Shown here: positions 12,394-24,821 of the stretch, in pieces
Position numbering within the stretch: position 1 is the stretch's first letter
Layout of the letters: each line of letters starts with the position of its first letter
Assembly: GCA_965153455.1 (NCBI GenBank)
Contig: OZ234493.1
Location: 34,710,213-34,774,212, forward strand
Source of the DNA: Sphagnum compactum
Taxonomy: Eukaryota
Length of the DNA stretch: 64,000 nt
Reading direction: 5' to 3'
Position numbers and translations under genes: made by a program
The notes under the pieces: generated by a model
The model's database searches: none
Told to the model about the DNA's origin: nothing
What the model saw: only the letters and a program-made list of their open reading frames with translations

Positions 12394-12723
12394 AAACCCT
12401 AGGGGTGAACCCAAAGCCCTAAACTCTAAACCCTAGGGGCAACCCCCAAGCTCTGAACTCTAAACCCTAGGGGCAATCCCCAAGCTTTAAACTCTAAACC
12501 CTAGGGGCAAACCTAAAGCCCTAAACTCTAAACCCCAGGGGCAAACCCAAAGCTCTGAACTCTAAACCCTAGGAGTGAACCCAAAGCCCTAAACTCTAAA
12601 ACCCTAGGGGCAAACCCAAAGCTCTGAACTCTAAACCCTAGGAGTAAACCCAAAGCCCTAAACTCTAAAACCCTAGGAACCCAAAGCTCTGAACTCTAAC
12701 CCTAGGGGCGAACCCCAAGCTCT
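12394..12723. repeat. 34-bp minisatellite (~10 copies) built from telomere-like AAACCCTA motifs
   Basis: Unit AAACCCTAGGGG(C/T)(A/G)AACCCAAAGC(C/T)CT(A/G)AACTCT. It ends ~80 bp upstream of the DUF1995 ATG. Confidence 0.92.
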
Positions 12724-12804
12724 CATCGTCTATCAAGCTTCACTTTGGGTTGTGGGTGTCCGTGTGTTGTATTTATTCTGAATCCCAGAAAGGATTTGGA
12801 TACT

Positions 12805-14022
12805 ATGGCAATGTCTGTAGGCAACTTCAGCTTGCTACCAGCAAGCTCGCCCATATCGCTCACTAGATTTGCCAATCCGTTGTCTTTACGTGTTGCATCT
12901 TGTTGTGTGTGGCATCAAAAGCACCCGCCTCTGGGAACAACAAGAATTTGGTGCTCAAAAATTGATAGAGCTTCATGGCATCAGAGCAGCTTGCGTCTTG
13001 TGGTAGTTTGGAGCTCCTCAAATGGAGCTTCATTGTGCCACCAAAAGTTGCACAATGGGTCATCAGTTTGGAGCCTAGAAGAAGCTCAATTCCATGGTTG
13101 GGGATCGCCCCCAGCAGTTTCTTCAACAAATAGAGGTGGCTCCAGAAGGTTCAGTGATTGCAGAGCATTGAGGAAAGAGGGAGGTGACGAAGAACTACCT
13201 CCAAGGAGCAGGGAGGAGGCAGTGGAACAAGCAGGAGCATCAGTATCAGCTCTCCTTGAGAAGGCACTGAAGAGACAAGGCCCCTCCACTGTGAAGCAAA
13301 GGAAGGAACAGAAACAGGTGAGGCTGAGAGTTGAGATTCCTGTGCTGGATGATTCCCCTGCCACTCTGGTCTCTCTTACTATTGACCTTCTAGCTTCTTC
13401 TTTCATCAACCAGAAGAAAACAGCACCCATCAAAAAGCTTGTGTTTCTCTCAGATACATCCTTGTTGAACCTAGCTCTTGAAAGGCAATCTGTGGGGGGA
13501 CAAGCTCCAGAGAGCCTTACAGGAATTGAGTTCAAGCTTTTGGCGCCAGAGAATGCTGCAGCAGCAAAAGTCACTTCAGAGGAGTCTCAGGTTTTATTCA
13601 TTGTGACTCCCAAATTGGAACAAGCTGCAATTGTTGCAAAAGTGTTGGAGGCTTTCAATCCTCGCCCAGTTGTGGTGCTGAATCCAGACTGGAGTTCTGA
13701 GGATGAAGCAGCAGACAAAGACGTGGCATGGGGAACCCTAATTTCATCTTTTGAGGTAACATACTCATATGTTCCTCTTGCTGTCCAAGGAATTTTTTCC
13801 AAGACTGAAGGAGCAGTCCTCAAGCATGTCAAGAGTGGAGCACCAGCAGGACGACCATGGCTCATCTTTGTGAAACAAAATGACCAATTCATTTGTGTAA
13901 GTAGTTTGCGACGACGACCTCAAGCTGCAGATTTAGAATCAGCTTTGTACAATTCCATGGCTGCTAACTCTCCAGTTACAAAGTCAATCCGGTTTCTTCG
14001 AGGGCTTGTTTCAAAGCAATGA
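12805..14022 (+). CDS. Intronless DUF1995-family protein, probably plastid-targeted (~405 aa)
   Basis: Single long ORF; first ATG at 12805. Ser/Arg-rich N-terminus resembling a transit peptide. PRSREEAVEQA...RLRVEIP...RPVVVLNPDW...SFEVTYSY match recalled motifs of plant DUF1995 proteins. Confidence 0.82.
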   Translation: MAMSVGNFSLLPASSPISLTRFANPLSLRVASCCVWHQKHPPLGTTRIWCSKIDRASWHQSSLRLVVVWSSSNGASLCHQKLHNGSSVWSLEEAQFHGWGSPPAVSSTNRGGSRRFSDCRALRKEGGDEELPPRSREEAVEQAGASVSALLEKALKRQGPSTVKQRKEQKQVRLRVEIPVLDDSPATLVSLTIDLLASSFINQKKTAPIKKLVFLSDTSLLNLALERQSVGGQAPESLTGIEFKLLAPENAAAAKVTSEESQVLFIVTPKLEQAAIVAKVLEAFNPRPVVVLNPDWSSEDEAADKDVAWGTLISSFEVTYSYVPLAVQGIFSKTEGAVLKHVKSGAPAGRPWLIFVKQNDQFICVSSLRRRPQAADLESALYNSMAANSPVTKSIRFLRGLVSKQ

Positions 14023-15219
14023 TGTGAATAATTTTTTCATGTACAAGTTTTACCACCCCATCTTCCTCAACTTAACAAGTCTATTGGTGCATTACTCACT
14101 ATTCTCATCTTCCCCAGTCAAGCATGCAATGTACTATGGAATGGTCAAGCCCCTGCCCATTATGTCAGGTAAGGCACCTTGGAGGCAAGCCTATTAGGAC
14201 AAGCTAGGCAGCCTACCCAACATAAAATGGGCAAGTGCAAGTCTATTCCATGACAATTAGGGTGTGGGGTGGCACATTCAACAAGTTTAAACAAATTTCA
14301 TGTTCAACAGAGATTTTGGTCACTACCATGGGTGTATGATCATCACCAGAAGATGATGTCATATAATGTCAAGAAAATGACATAATCTGCCAACCCCCCA
14401 GACCTTAATGTTTAAACTGGAAAACTTCAGACCAAAAGCAGATATCTATTGTTGATGTATCTGCTCTGTTTTTTATATAATAGCAATTGGTTGTCACAGA
14501 TAACTCTGCTTCTAGTAACCATATGTAGCAACCACAAGAGTTGTTGTGCAGCAGCTGGGAATTTTATTAGTGTCAGTAACTTGTGCCTTGTTGGATTTTT
14601 GTGGAAATTAAGAACCCCAAAACTCATTGAGGGCTATCAACCAAGCACTACCTTCTATATGGGCTTGCAATAACTTTGGCACCAGGTGTTGTGGTTTGCA
14701 AAACACCTTCATGCAAGGCAGGCCACTGCAGTGAAGAGCAGAAGTGCCCACTGCACTGACCTGCCTTAGTCACTACACTGGGTAATGCCATGGCAGCAGG
14801 ACCTTACAGCCCAGTCCTCGGGCTCCACCCTCACTTCACAAGTGTAATGCCCTGCTGCCAGGGCATTACTCTACACCTTATTTCCATTTACGAGCAATGC
14901 ATTACCCAACATAATGGGCTAGGCAACTACTTTACCCTACACTTACTGTCAGGAAGTGAAAAAAATCATTATGGGTGTTGCTGTATTGACTTGAGCTTTA
15001 TCCTCATGCTGGACCTGGCAGTGTTAGACAAAGTGGAGGTTGTACAATATGAAATAACAGTGCAAAGAGCCTATACATTGGCCTACATTGCTGTAGCTGA
15101 GCAAGCCCATCAATCATATTGTTGTGCATTGCTCTTCTATTAGCATTTCCTAAATTTAAGGTGGCAGTCATGAGGCTGGCATGCCAAGTGCTGCTGCTGA
15201 AGAAATGCGCACATTTTAT

Positions 15220-15575
15220 CAGGACACCTACAAAATTGTAAGGTCCTGTCAAACAGTACCTTACGATGTCATAAGCATCCTGCATGAGGCCTAAGGTCCT
15301 GTCAACAGGACTCTATGATTTCGCAAGCATCCTGCATGAGGTTGCACCAGAGGAGCAACAAAAAAATACACACAAGAAAACATGCCAGTTCTGTACAGGT
15401 GCAAAATCAGGACACTTACAAAATTGTAAGGTCCTGTCAAACAGTACCTTATGATTTCATAAGCATCCTGCATGAGGCATAAGGTCCTGTCAACAGGACT
15501 CTAGTAAGCATCCTGCGTGAGGTTGCACCAGAGGAGCAACAAAACAATACACAAGAAAACATGTTAGTTCTTTAC
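15220..15575. repeat. Tandem duplication, ~188-bp unit x2, with an internal ~54-bp sub-repeat
   Basis: CAGGACAC.TACAAAATTGTAAGGTCCTGTCAAACAGTACCTTA... starts at both 15220 and 15408. Confidence 0.9.
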
Positions 15576-16331
15576 GGGCAAAGTGCAAACCAATAGGATC
15601 AACAAGGACCAAAGGGCAAAGTGGTCACAGTGAAAACACATCTAGAAGCGCAGGGTTGCTCATTTTTCATTGCTCATGTTTTCAAGCATGATTTGTGGGT
15701 CAATTAAGCTAGCTCTTTCTTTCTATGCTAAGTTGGAAAATGCACAACAACAGAGTTTCCATCCATCCATGCACTATTGCTCATTGTGGCAATTTGATAA
15801 ACCATATTCTTGAAGGCAATCATCACAAGAAAAGAAGGTCATGTTATCAATCCCAGGAAAGAAATGCAAAGGATTCTGGTTGCGATTGGGCCTATTGTTA
15901 TTATTGGCATCCATTAGAGAAATGACTGGAACTGGCAATCTTTTGTAACTAGCTGTCCAAAGTTGTAGTAGTTGTTGCGGTTTTGGAAGAGACAAATACT
16001 ATGGCCAGATGAACTTGATAGAGGTGGTATCATTTGTTAATAGCACTCCAAATCATAGCTATGGAAAAACCCCAAAAACAGGTCCTTCCTTTGCAGCAAA
16101 GCAAAATTGCAACTCTCGATGTTGCAAGCAAGAGACAGCACCAGCACCAACAGCGCCATGAGGGAGAGAGAAGCTCCCAAGTCTGACGTGATTAGGTCAA
16201 AGAGAAGCACGTCCCCATAGTCTTTCATTTCGCAGAAACAGAAAACAAGGAAAGAGAGACACAGACAGACACACAGAGTGAGAGAGGACAAGAGCTTCTG
16301 GCTTCGACCTTTTCTTTCTCCGGCAGCCGCA

Positions 16332-18712
16332 ATGAGGTCTGCCGTTGCTGCTGCCGCTGCTGCTACAAGATGTCTACTAGCCTCGCGTGGTGCGTTGCGC
16401 AGAATCGAGCCAAGTGTTGGTCTCTCTGCCTCTTTCTTGTCCCCCTTGTCATCCGCAGTTAATGTTGAAAATGATGTGAGAGGAGGAAGGATGCAGCAGC
16501 AGCGACCGCTTTGGCTGCACGTACACGGGATGATGGATGCTGACAATATGGCGCTGAGCAAGGGAGGCGGAAGCCTGATGCAGCACAATGCTAACCAAAG
16601 ATCTTCTTCTTCTGGATATGTACCTGCAGAAGCGCTAATGATTCTCAGAAAGCAGCAGGTAAAAGGAACATATTGCATTTCTCCTCACTGCGGTCTGCGA
16701 TTTTTTCTTCTTGTAGAGCTTTGCATTCAAACCCCGGATCCACAGCTTTTACGGCAGTTTTCTTTGTTGTTGATTGTTGATGCATCCTCTGAAAGAACGC
16801 AATTTTTTGTTTGTGACAAACAGCAGATGATGGTTTATCGAAGTTTTGCGACTGGATCATCGGCATCTTCTTCTTCTTCTTCTTCTTCTTCAGTAATTTT
16901 CCAGTTATCTCTTTGATGAAGCTCGAGCTGTTTTTCCAAGTTTCAGATAGAAAATAGAAGCAACAGTGAAGTTATGCCAAAGAATTTTGTATGTGGATTG
17001 AGGCAGAGATGAAGCAATTGGTATTGAGAAAGCACAATTGGAATGTTGCAGGGCAAAGCTTCTGCAGAAAAATCAGGAGCAAGCAGCTCAGGGATGCAGG
17101 TGCTGAAGAAATCCGTGGTAAACTTGAAGGAGGTTCCAGTCCCTGCACTTGTCCTTGGATTTGCAGGCCTGATTCCTTTTGTAGCATTGGTGCCACCTAT
17201 TGTCTCCATGCTTCCATTGCCGGTATGCACCTCTGCTAGCATGATGATACTCAAGTAGATTGGCAGATTCCAAAATGTGTATCCCTTGCTCTTGGATTTC
17301 TACTGTTAGCAATAACGCAGAGGATGTACCTGAAAAAGAAGGAAGGATTCTGCCTTGCAGCAGCATGACTCCCATGTGCCACATTTTTGTGAAGTTATTG
17401 AGGTTTCTTGATGCATTACTTATGAAGTGTGCTGCAAAGAAGCTAATGTAAAAGGGGAAGGAGGTACCAGGAGGCGTTGTTTGCAGTGCATGCTGAGGCA
17501 CAGGCGGCATATGCTGCAGTCATTGTCACATTTCTTGGTGCCGTACATTGGGGCCTTGCTATGGCCAACTATTCAGGTTTGCATCACCTCCAGCACCTCC
17601 TTGTTGCCATGGTCTTTGGGACATCTTTTTGCCATAGTGTCAATTGTTTAGCATTTGGTGCAAAACTTGGGTGTTCTGTGCACAATTGTCAGGAGGGGAA
17701 GCCAGTTATGTCTGCACATACACCCAACTTCTGGGTTTTCCTGCTTGGAATTTGTTTTCATAGAAGAAGCATATTGTTGAGCATGCTGCAGACACATACC
17801 TTTTGACCAAGTTTTGTTGTTTCTTATTGCTGCAGCTAAGGACAAAGCTAATAAAATCACCTTTACAACGCTACGGTGAGGGGTAGGCAGTTCAAATGGT
17901 AGAATATGGCATGTGGCATTTGTCCATATCTTATGTTCTTTTTCTCTTCACATGTAGTAGATTTTCAAGAACTCTACATAAGCTTAATTGCAAAAGCTTT
18001 TTTTACGGTTGTGTGCGATTTTGAACATTTCTCACTTACACTTATTGTACACTTTGTTTGAAGGTATGTATGGAGTGTCGTGCCATCACTGGTTGCATGG
18101 CCTGCGCTACTTCTGCCTCCTGCCCCAAAGTTTGCAGTTCTAATCTTCTCTCTTGGCTTGGTACACATTCCCCATCACCTTCCTGCACATACTGCTGTTC
18201 CTTTGCAATCTTTTTTGCTAATCACATGCACTGCACTGCAAAGTTGATACAACTATTAACTGTTTCAATTGCATTGACAGCATTGGTAGAATGATATGTA
18301 AGGAAGGCGACAGGCTGTAATTTGAAGAGTTTTGCTTTGTAATGTAAAACTGAAGAGCCATGCAACATTGTGGGGGATACAAATCATGTATGTTAAAATT
18401 GAGGTTTTCTGGTGTGGATTCTTGTTCTGCTGTGAAGATTCTAGGTGTGGATGTCATCTTCACCAGAATGAAATTGGTACCATCTTGGTATGTACCTCTC
18501 TGCAACTTCTAGCTGCCCCTCACCTGTCTTCTTCCTGCAGATTTTTTTGCCAAGTAGGTTGGACATATTGCTCCCCTTTCCTGAAAAGAAAGATCCTATT
18601 TGGTTGGGCTTGTTTGGGCAGGTTTCTTTACCTGAGAACTCCTCTTACAACAATTGCTGCTCTGAGCTTGATCCCTTCACTTATTGTAGCCACAGCTTTG
18701 GATCAGGTGTAG
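16332..18712 (+). CDS. DUF3429/TMEM69-like membrane protein, probably mitochondrial, 8 exons, ~315 aa
   Basis: Exons 16332-16658, 16827-16892, 17052-17222, 17471-17576, 17836-17875, 18064-18160, 18438-18487 and 18622-18712 are phase-consistent and total 948 nt. Motifs LGFAGLIPF, QAAYAAVIVTFLGAVHWG, WSVVPSLVAW and PSWFLYLRTPLT. Arg/Ala/Ser-rich N-terminus resembling a presequence. Confidence 0.85.
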
Positions 18713-19329
18713 ACCCAATCGCCATTCTCCTCTCTTGTGCATTCATGTATCTGAACACTGTGCTAAATCCTGAATGAATAATTGTTCTCTCGGCTTGTAT
18801 CATCAACACAGTAGTTATGTCAAGTAGATATCTAGATCAGGTTCACAGTTCAGTTTAAGTCCTTCGGGACATAGGATTCAAGCTCTTGATGGGGCTATTC
18901 TAAAGGGAGAGGATACGAAGCTAATTCATTGTTGTGGATGTTCTTCAACTCTAGTTTCTCAGTATATTTAGTGTATATTAATCCTTCTAGATGGTCCACA
19001 GATTGGAAGAAATGTGCTTTTGCCACATTCACATTGTCACAATTGTGGATCTGATAGAATCCAATCTCTGGAATTTTTTCTATTTTCATACTTAAAAACA
19101 ATAGTGATATTGTATATGGGAAGTTCATGAGTTGAGAAAGCATTTGTAATGCGGAATCTATATATTGTTTGGGCGCATAAATGGGAGAATCTTTGATATA
19201 TTTTATGTGGTAGTTTTAATTTTAAGCTAACTTAATAACATAATGTAATTGTGAAATCAGGTTTGTTCCCTAAACTATAGGCTTTTAAAAACATATGGTT
19301 TTTTGTATGGTACCAGTTCAGTAAATAGG

Positions 19330-19590
19330 TTGATTGCAAAATCTTACTGTGAACAAGTGGGTTGGTTCTATGAACCCTAATCCCTATTCACATTTAAGTA
19401 CTTGTTTGCATTTAGAAATAGTTCTACAATGCAGTAGAAATGGGTGGGATTAAATAGTGAGTAGATGATTGCAAAATCCTACTGTGAACTTGGGTTGGTT
19501 CTTTGAACCCTAATCCCTTCATCATATTTGAGTACTTGTTTGCAATTTAGAAATAGTTCCACAACATATTATAGAAGTAGAAAAGGGGGG
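19330..19590. repeat. Tandem duplication, ~135-bp unit x2
   Basis: GATTGCAAAATC.TACTGTGAAC...GGGTTGGTTCT.TGAACCCTAATCC...AGTACTTGTTTGCA occurs twice. Confidence 0.8.
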
Positions 19591-20099
19591 AATTAAAGCT
19601 TGAAGCAAAGCTCAAGCCAAGAAATGAAAAATCCAATAATATTTTAGGTTGCAAATTTAGGGGTAATATGTAGTTTTAAGACCTAGTTTCATGCTTTCAT
19701 GCAATATTAGTACTAACTCTAAACCAATATTTATTTTACATTAATGCTTTCTAGTGCTTTCAATCCATTGAGTCAAATTTTATATTGTTGCTGGTTTGTA
19801 AAAGCAAAAGGACCCGCCTTTTAGCAACAATAAATAGAGGAAAATAGTTAGATATATTTTAGGGTATTTAAATAAATGGATGTTTTGAGATGCATGAATT
19901 TCAGAAATGTTTTGTGTCATGTTAGCAGAGCCAAAATATTATCAAAGGTAATTGCTGATGACTTCTATATGTGCCTTGCCAATTTTAATTTTGTATTATC
20001 TTCATCTGAATACCTAAATAGTTAAGTCGTGTTACCAAGTGCTTACTGCATGCAGATATTATTCGAGAATGAGAGTTTGTTGATTATAATCTATTTGGG

Positions 20100-21560
20100 T
20101 TAAGTGTTGATGATTTTGTTGGTTTTTCAAATGTGGAGCCCCTTTTAATGTTTACGGTTAATGCAACTCAATAAATAAATACTAACTCATTTCGATGCAG
20201 TGTGTTTGAGTTTCATGGAAGTCAGGGCTAGCATGTCATTGTTACATGTAAATTTGTTTATGAATTCTTTTGTTTCTTTATTAGTTTGAGAGCCATAGAT
20301 TGGTGCATTAGAAATCAATAAGAGTTCATGATCATGCTTGCTTCCATGGTTTTGGAATTCTATGATGAAAAAATAGTCAAGTACACATTTGAAAATGGTA
20401 TCTTTCAATAATAGTTTTGCAAAAGATTGCATACGATGATCATAGTAGTGTGAACAAGTTACAAGCTCACATTGTATGATGTGTTTAGGTTCCAACCTAT
20501 AAAATGGAATGTTGGCTTTTTGTTTTTTATGATTCAAATCATACAAAGAATGGAATAAAAGCAACCATTTAGTTTCCACACTCATGAAGGTGATGAAAAA
20601 AGTCGGAGGACATAATTGATGAAATCAATGGGAATAATTCTCTTTGCAATCGAACGAAGTTCAAAAGTTTGAAAAATCCATGCATTCAAGATCAGATCAT
20701 AATAGTCCAAATAATCATAATAACAATTCAAATTTGGCTTAACTATAATGTCATGTGCTTGAAGTTGACATCCAAGAAGTTTTGTTTTTTGAATCCAACA
20801 TGCCAAAGTGACAAAATTAATCAAAACTTTGATAGCTTTGAAAAAACAAAGTTTGGAATGTGTGTAGCAAAATGATGTTTTAGGTGTAGAAACTCCTATT
20901 GGCCATTTTCTTTTTCAAACACATTGTTATTGTTGTTCTCATATGTGTCATGCACATCATCATCATGAATATTGAAAGATTGAGTTTGTTGGGACAACCT
21001 AAATATATAATACCATTGTGGATGAAGTGAAATTTCAACATTTCCATATAATGAAGCACATTTCCAATCAAATTTGATGATTTATATTCCATACATTGTT
21101 TATATGATAATCCTATGGTTGCTTTGTCATGCAAAAGTCAAGGTAATATTGATTGGGTTAATTTATGTTTGATGGAACATTTATTAGATTCCTTTTGTCC
21201 ATTACTTTCAAGTTACCAAATTTGTGTGAAAGTTAAATAAAGGGAAACTAATTGTTCTTATAATTCATTTAACTTGTGAACAAATTTTATGGTATCATTT
21301 AGTTTGATGTTTGCAGGCACCAAAAATTTGGGGATTTTGTCCTTTTTAATGAAAGAATACCAATTCTTACACAAGAATATTGTCATGTTCATAATGTTTT
21401 CAAGGCTCATATATGTTTTTTCATCATATTATTTACTTATTTATTTTGGAAAAACATGTTTCCTAAACCATAGCCTATGACAACATATGCATGGATGGAT
21501 GACTGTTAAAAAGTTGTCTGGTATATTTGGTTGTATGTTGTGATGGATTTTGGTATGCTC
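20100..21560 (-). pseudogene. Helitron Rep/helicase relic
   Basis: VLDYFFIIEFQNHGSKHDHELLLISNAP matches Helitron Rep motif II (EFQ.RG.PH.H.L.W...AP). Upstream fragments such as INVPSN..TQSILP and DKATIGLSYKQCMEYKS resemble the region before Rep. Many stops and frameshifts; boundaries approximate. Confidence 0.75.
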
Positions 21561-22335
21561 CAAAGGGTGAATTGGTATATGTTATATGTAGAATACATTA
21601 TTTATTGTTTCATGTGTTTGAAATTGGTTGCATATCATTTATTGACTGTAAAAAGAACATCACATAAATCAACATCAATTGAGGGGATTCAAAAATATTG
21701 ATCATTAAATGGTTATGATGTTGATTATAAATAATTTGGGATCTACTAAAAAACAAAAATTATTTTTCAAAATGGATGCATATTGTATTTACTAAAAAAA
21801 AATTTAAAAAATCATGATATTTTTAAATTCATGTGGCATAAATGCAAGTAAATTTGAATGGATTTTTATTGATAATTACAAATGTATATGCTATGTATTT
21901 TCATGTGATAAATGGAAATGTACATCATTATTCAAAATTGTTCATTGTAGATTGGTAACCAATGAAAATGTTTACATTTTTAATAATGTTTTCATCTAGC
22001 ATATGATGATTTAGCCAAATTTGGCTATGTACTATTTATGAAAATAGAAAAAAACAAAAATCCTTCTATATTCTTGGCTACCTACTAGAACTTATCATAA
22101 AAATTTGTCAAATTTGGATCATTTTTTTCATGAAAAATCCTTTATGTAGGTCGAAATCATATTTTTCAAGTTGAAATTTGGTGAAATTTCACACCAAAAA
22201 AAAAGAAACGCTGGTCACCATGGAGGTCTCCACATGTTTTGGGCCCACCTTGCACAACCAGTTTATGACCATCACTTGAAGAAAATCATAAACCCCAAAC
22301 AAGTTGATCAATCAATCAATTTCACATAATCAAGA

Positions 22336-23949
22336 ACTTAGCTTTCATCATGGCCCCCATCACGAAACTCTTACACAAAACAAAGGTGTTTGCATGGATT
22401 GCTGAATGTCAAGATGATTGGGAGGCCATTAAACAAAGGTATCTAAATGCACCAATTTTAATTGCACCCAAATGGGACATGGAGTTTCACATTCACACAG
22501 ACACATCAAATCTAGTAGTCGGGGCAATGCTAGCTCAAAATCCTACCGGAAAATGTGATCAGCCAATTCCATATGCCTCCAAACTTTTGAACAATGTAGA
22601 GAAAAACTACACCACCACTAAAAAAAAAACACTCACCATGGTTTATGTTTTGCATAAATTCAAACACTATATATTAGGAAACAAGTTTGTTTTCTACATT
22701 AACCACATGGCATTATTATACCTTGTCAGAAAACCTCAACTATCAAGACGAATTGCGAGGTGGCTGTTGTTATTCCTGGAATACGATTTTTTAGTGGTGT
22801 ACAAACTAGGGTGTTTTCATTCAGTGGCAGATGCTCTCTCACAACTTCCTGATGCTACCAAAAACCCAAGGGTACCTGACAGGACTATTAATGCATCGTT
22901 GTTTATACTTCAACCAAAATGGCTATAGGAAGTGCATACGTACATCTCTACCGAAAATGTTCCAAACAGATATTCCACGGAATAACAAAAGAAATTGGTG
23001 GTGCTAAAGGCAGTGTTTTTTACCATCATCAATGGAAAATTGTACAAATAAGGGCAAGATCAAATTTTGCACTGATGTTTGAATGATGAGGAGATTTTTG
23101 TAATCCTATAAGAAATGCACGAAGGAGTGGGTGGCGGACATATTTCAATGGACATCATAGTTCAAAAGGTGTTGGATGCCAAGTATTGGTCGCCAACTCT
23201 GCACAAGGATGCATAATAACATTGTCAATCCTATGATGTTTGCCACCTAACCAAAAATCTCTTACATACCCCATGGCAAAGTTGATCACCATGGTCCTAA
23301 CTGAACCATTCATGAAATGGGGTTTGGACTTCATTGGCCCCATTAAGCTTGTGAGTCACTCACACGGCAATAAATACATTTTGGATGTTACCGATTATGC
23401 AACCAAATGGGTGGAAGCAAAGGCATTAAGAACCAACATAGTTGTAGTCACAACTCAATTCATTTACGAGTTCATTTTGACCAAGTTCAGTTGCCCCTTC
23501 ACTTTGGTTAGCGACCAAGGTACCCATTTTATCAATGAGGCCATCGAGATCCTTACCACTCATTTTTTATTTCAGCACACTAGTTTTACAACTTACTATC
23601 CTCAGGGACATAATCAAGTAAAATCTACCAATTAGGTTATTGGGCTACTATTGACCAAGTTAGTCAACAAAAATCGCACAGATTGGGACAAACATCTCCA
23701 CACTGTTTTGTTTGCCAACAGAACAACTTTCAAGGTGGGCACAAATCATATTCCTTTCTAGTTGGTGTATGGATTACATGCTCTAATGCATATCAAATAC
23801 TTGTTATTTACGACCAATTCTACAACATCTTAGGATTTCGCCATGACACGACTACTTAATACCCAACTAATGGATTTAGAAAAGTTAGAGGAATCCCGGA
23901 CACTTGCAGCAAAAACCATAGGTAGGCAACAATGGAATCATGCACTATG
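22336..23949 (+). mobile_element. Decayed Ty3/Gypsy pol fragment (RT end, RNase H, integrase), non-chromovirus-like
   Basis: RNase H motifs HTDTSNLVVGAML...YASKLL..EKNYTTT. Integrase motifs [22 protein letters not shown] and SDQGTHF. Stops and frameshifts; cut off at 23949 by another element's LTR. Confidence 0.9.
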
Positions 23950-24771
23950 TGTCGTAACCCTACTTTAAAGAGAATGTGAGGATGAGACTCACACTCCCAA
24001 AATGGGGACTTGGGAGTCCTCCGTGACTCCCAAAACTTCAGAGTTCGATTGCAAGGGTCAAAACACCTTGCATTGATGAGTTATTTATATCATTGAAAAG
24101 ATATTGAAGTGTAGATGTCGAAAATGGGCTTGCATGAGCCATTTGGACATCTACAGCACAAGTTATGGTCAAAAGAAGGGTCGGAGGTCAAATTGACAAT
24201 TTGACTCCTGGCCACTAAAAGTCGAGAATTGACCCGACCCCGGTGCGTGCAGGTAAAATGCGACATACCATTGGAAAGCTCTCAACAAGAGCTACAACTT
24301 TGCTTCAGACCTTGTCCCAATCAGAGGTCTGAGCAAAGAGTTATACTCTTGCAAAGTTGCGGGAGTCCAAACCGGGACAGTTTCAGGACTCCTCCTTGGG
24401 AGTCCCGGGATAAAAAGCCATTCGGATTTAGGCTCCGCGAAAAGACGCAGAGAATACTATATGGGAAAAGGTGGTGGCTTCCCCCGAGTCCGGGCCGTGG
24501 TGAGTCTTGTGAGTCTAGAGTTGCCCGTGGCTTGTCCTAACACTAAAGGTGATCCAGAAAGTGAACTAACCAACTTGTTGGTTGGTTTGATGCAGATTCG
24601 AATGAGTAACTAAAGCTTGTCACTGTTCCTAGTCCCATCTCGGAGCCTCAGCACGCCCCGTTGCCCCTTTTAGTGCTGAGAGCTGGGAGCGTGCCCCGAG
24701 TTCCTCACAATTCCGTTGTTTAAATAACTTGGACCCATCTTGGGTCTAATTAGGAACTTGGGAGCGCATCA
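23950..24771 (+). mobile_element. 5' LTR (~822 bp) of the second Ty3/Gypsy element
   Basis: Begins TG(TCG) and ends (GCAT)CA. It is followed by the tRNA-iMet-type primer binding site and then gag. Confidence 0.8.
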
Positions 24772-24774
24772 TGC

Positions 24775-24785
24775 GGTATCAGAGC
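24775..24785 (+). promoter_or_regulatory. Primer binding site (tRNA-iMet type)
   Basis: GGTATCAGAGC, the canonical plant (T)GGTATCAGAGC PBS, a few nt after the LTR end. Confidence 0.8.
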
Positions 24786-24821
24786 TCCGGTAGGGCTCGA
24801 TTCACCTCTTGGGAGTTTTAG

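Noticed and set aside
12394-12723. CRISPR-like periodicity of ~34 bp
   Set aside because: The units are contiguous with no unique spacers, there are no cas genes, and the context is eukaryotic. It is a minisatellite.
12745-12804. TTG-initiated N-terminal extension of the DUF1995 ORF
   Set aside because: Artefact of alternative start codons in the ORF track. The first ATG is at 12805.
16037-16678. 213-aa antisense ORF over DUF3429 exon 1
   Set aside because: No recognisable motif. Best explained as a shadow of a GC-rich coding exon.
18859-18872. GTCCTTCGGGACAT resembling the 5' stem-loop of plant U6 snRNA (cUUCGg tetraloop)
   Set aside because: No ACAGAGA box or any other U6 sequence follows. 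Too short to distinguish from chance.
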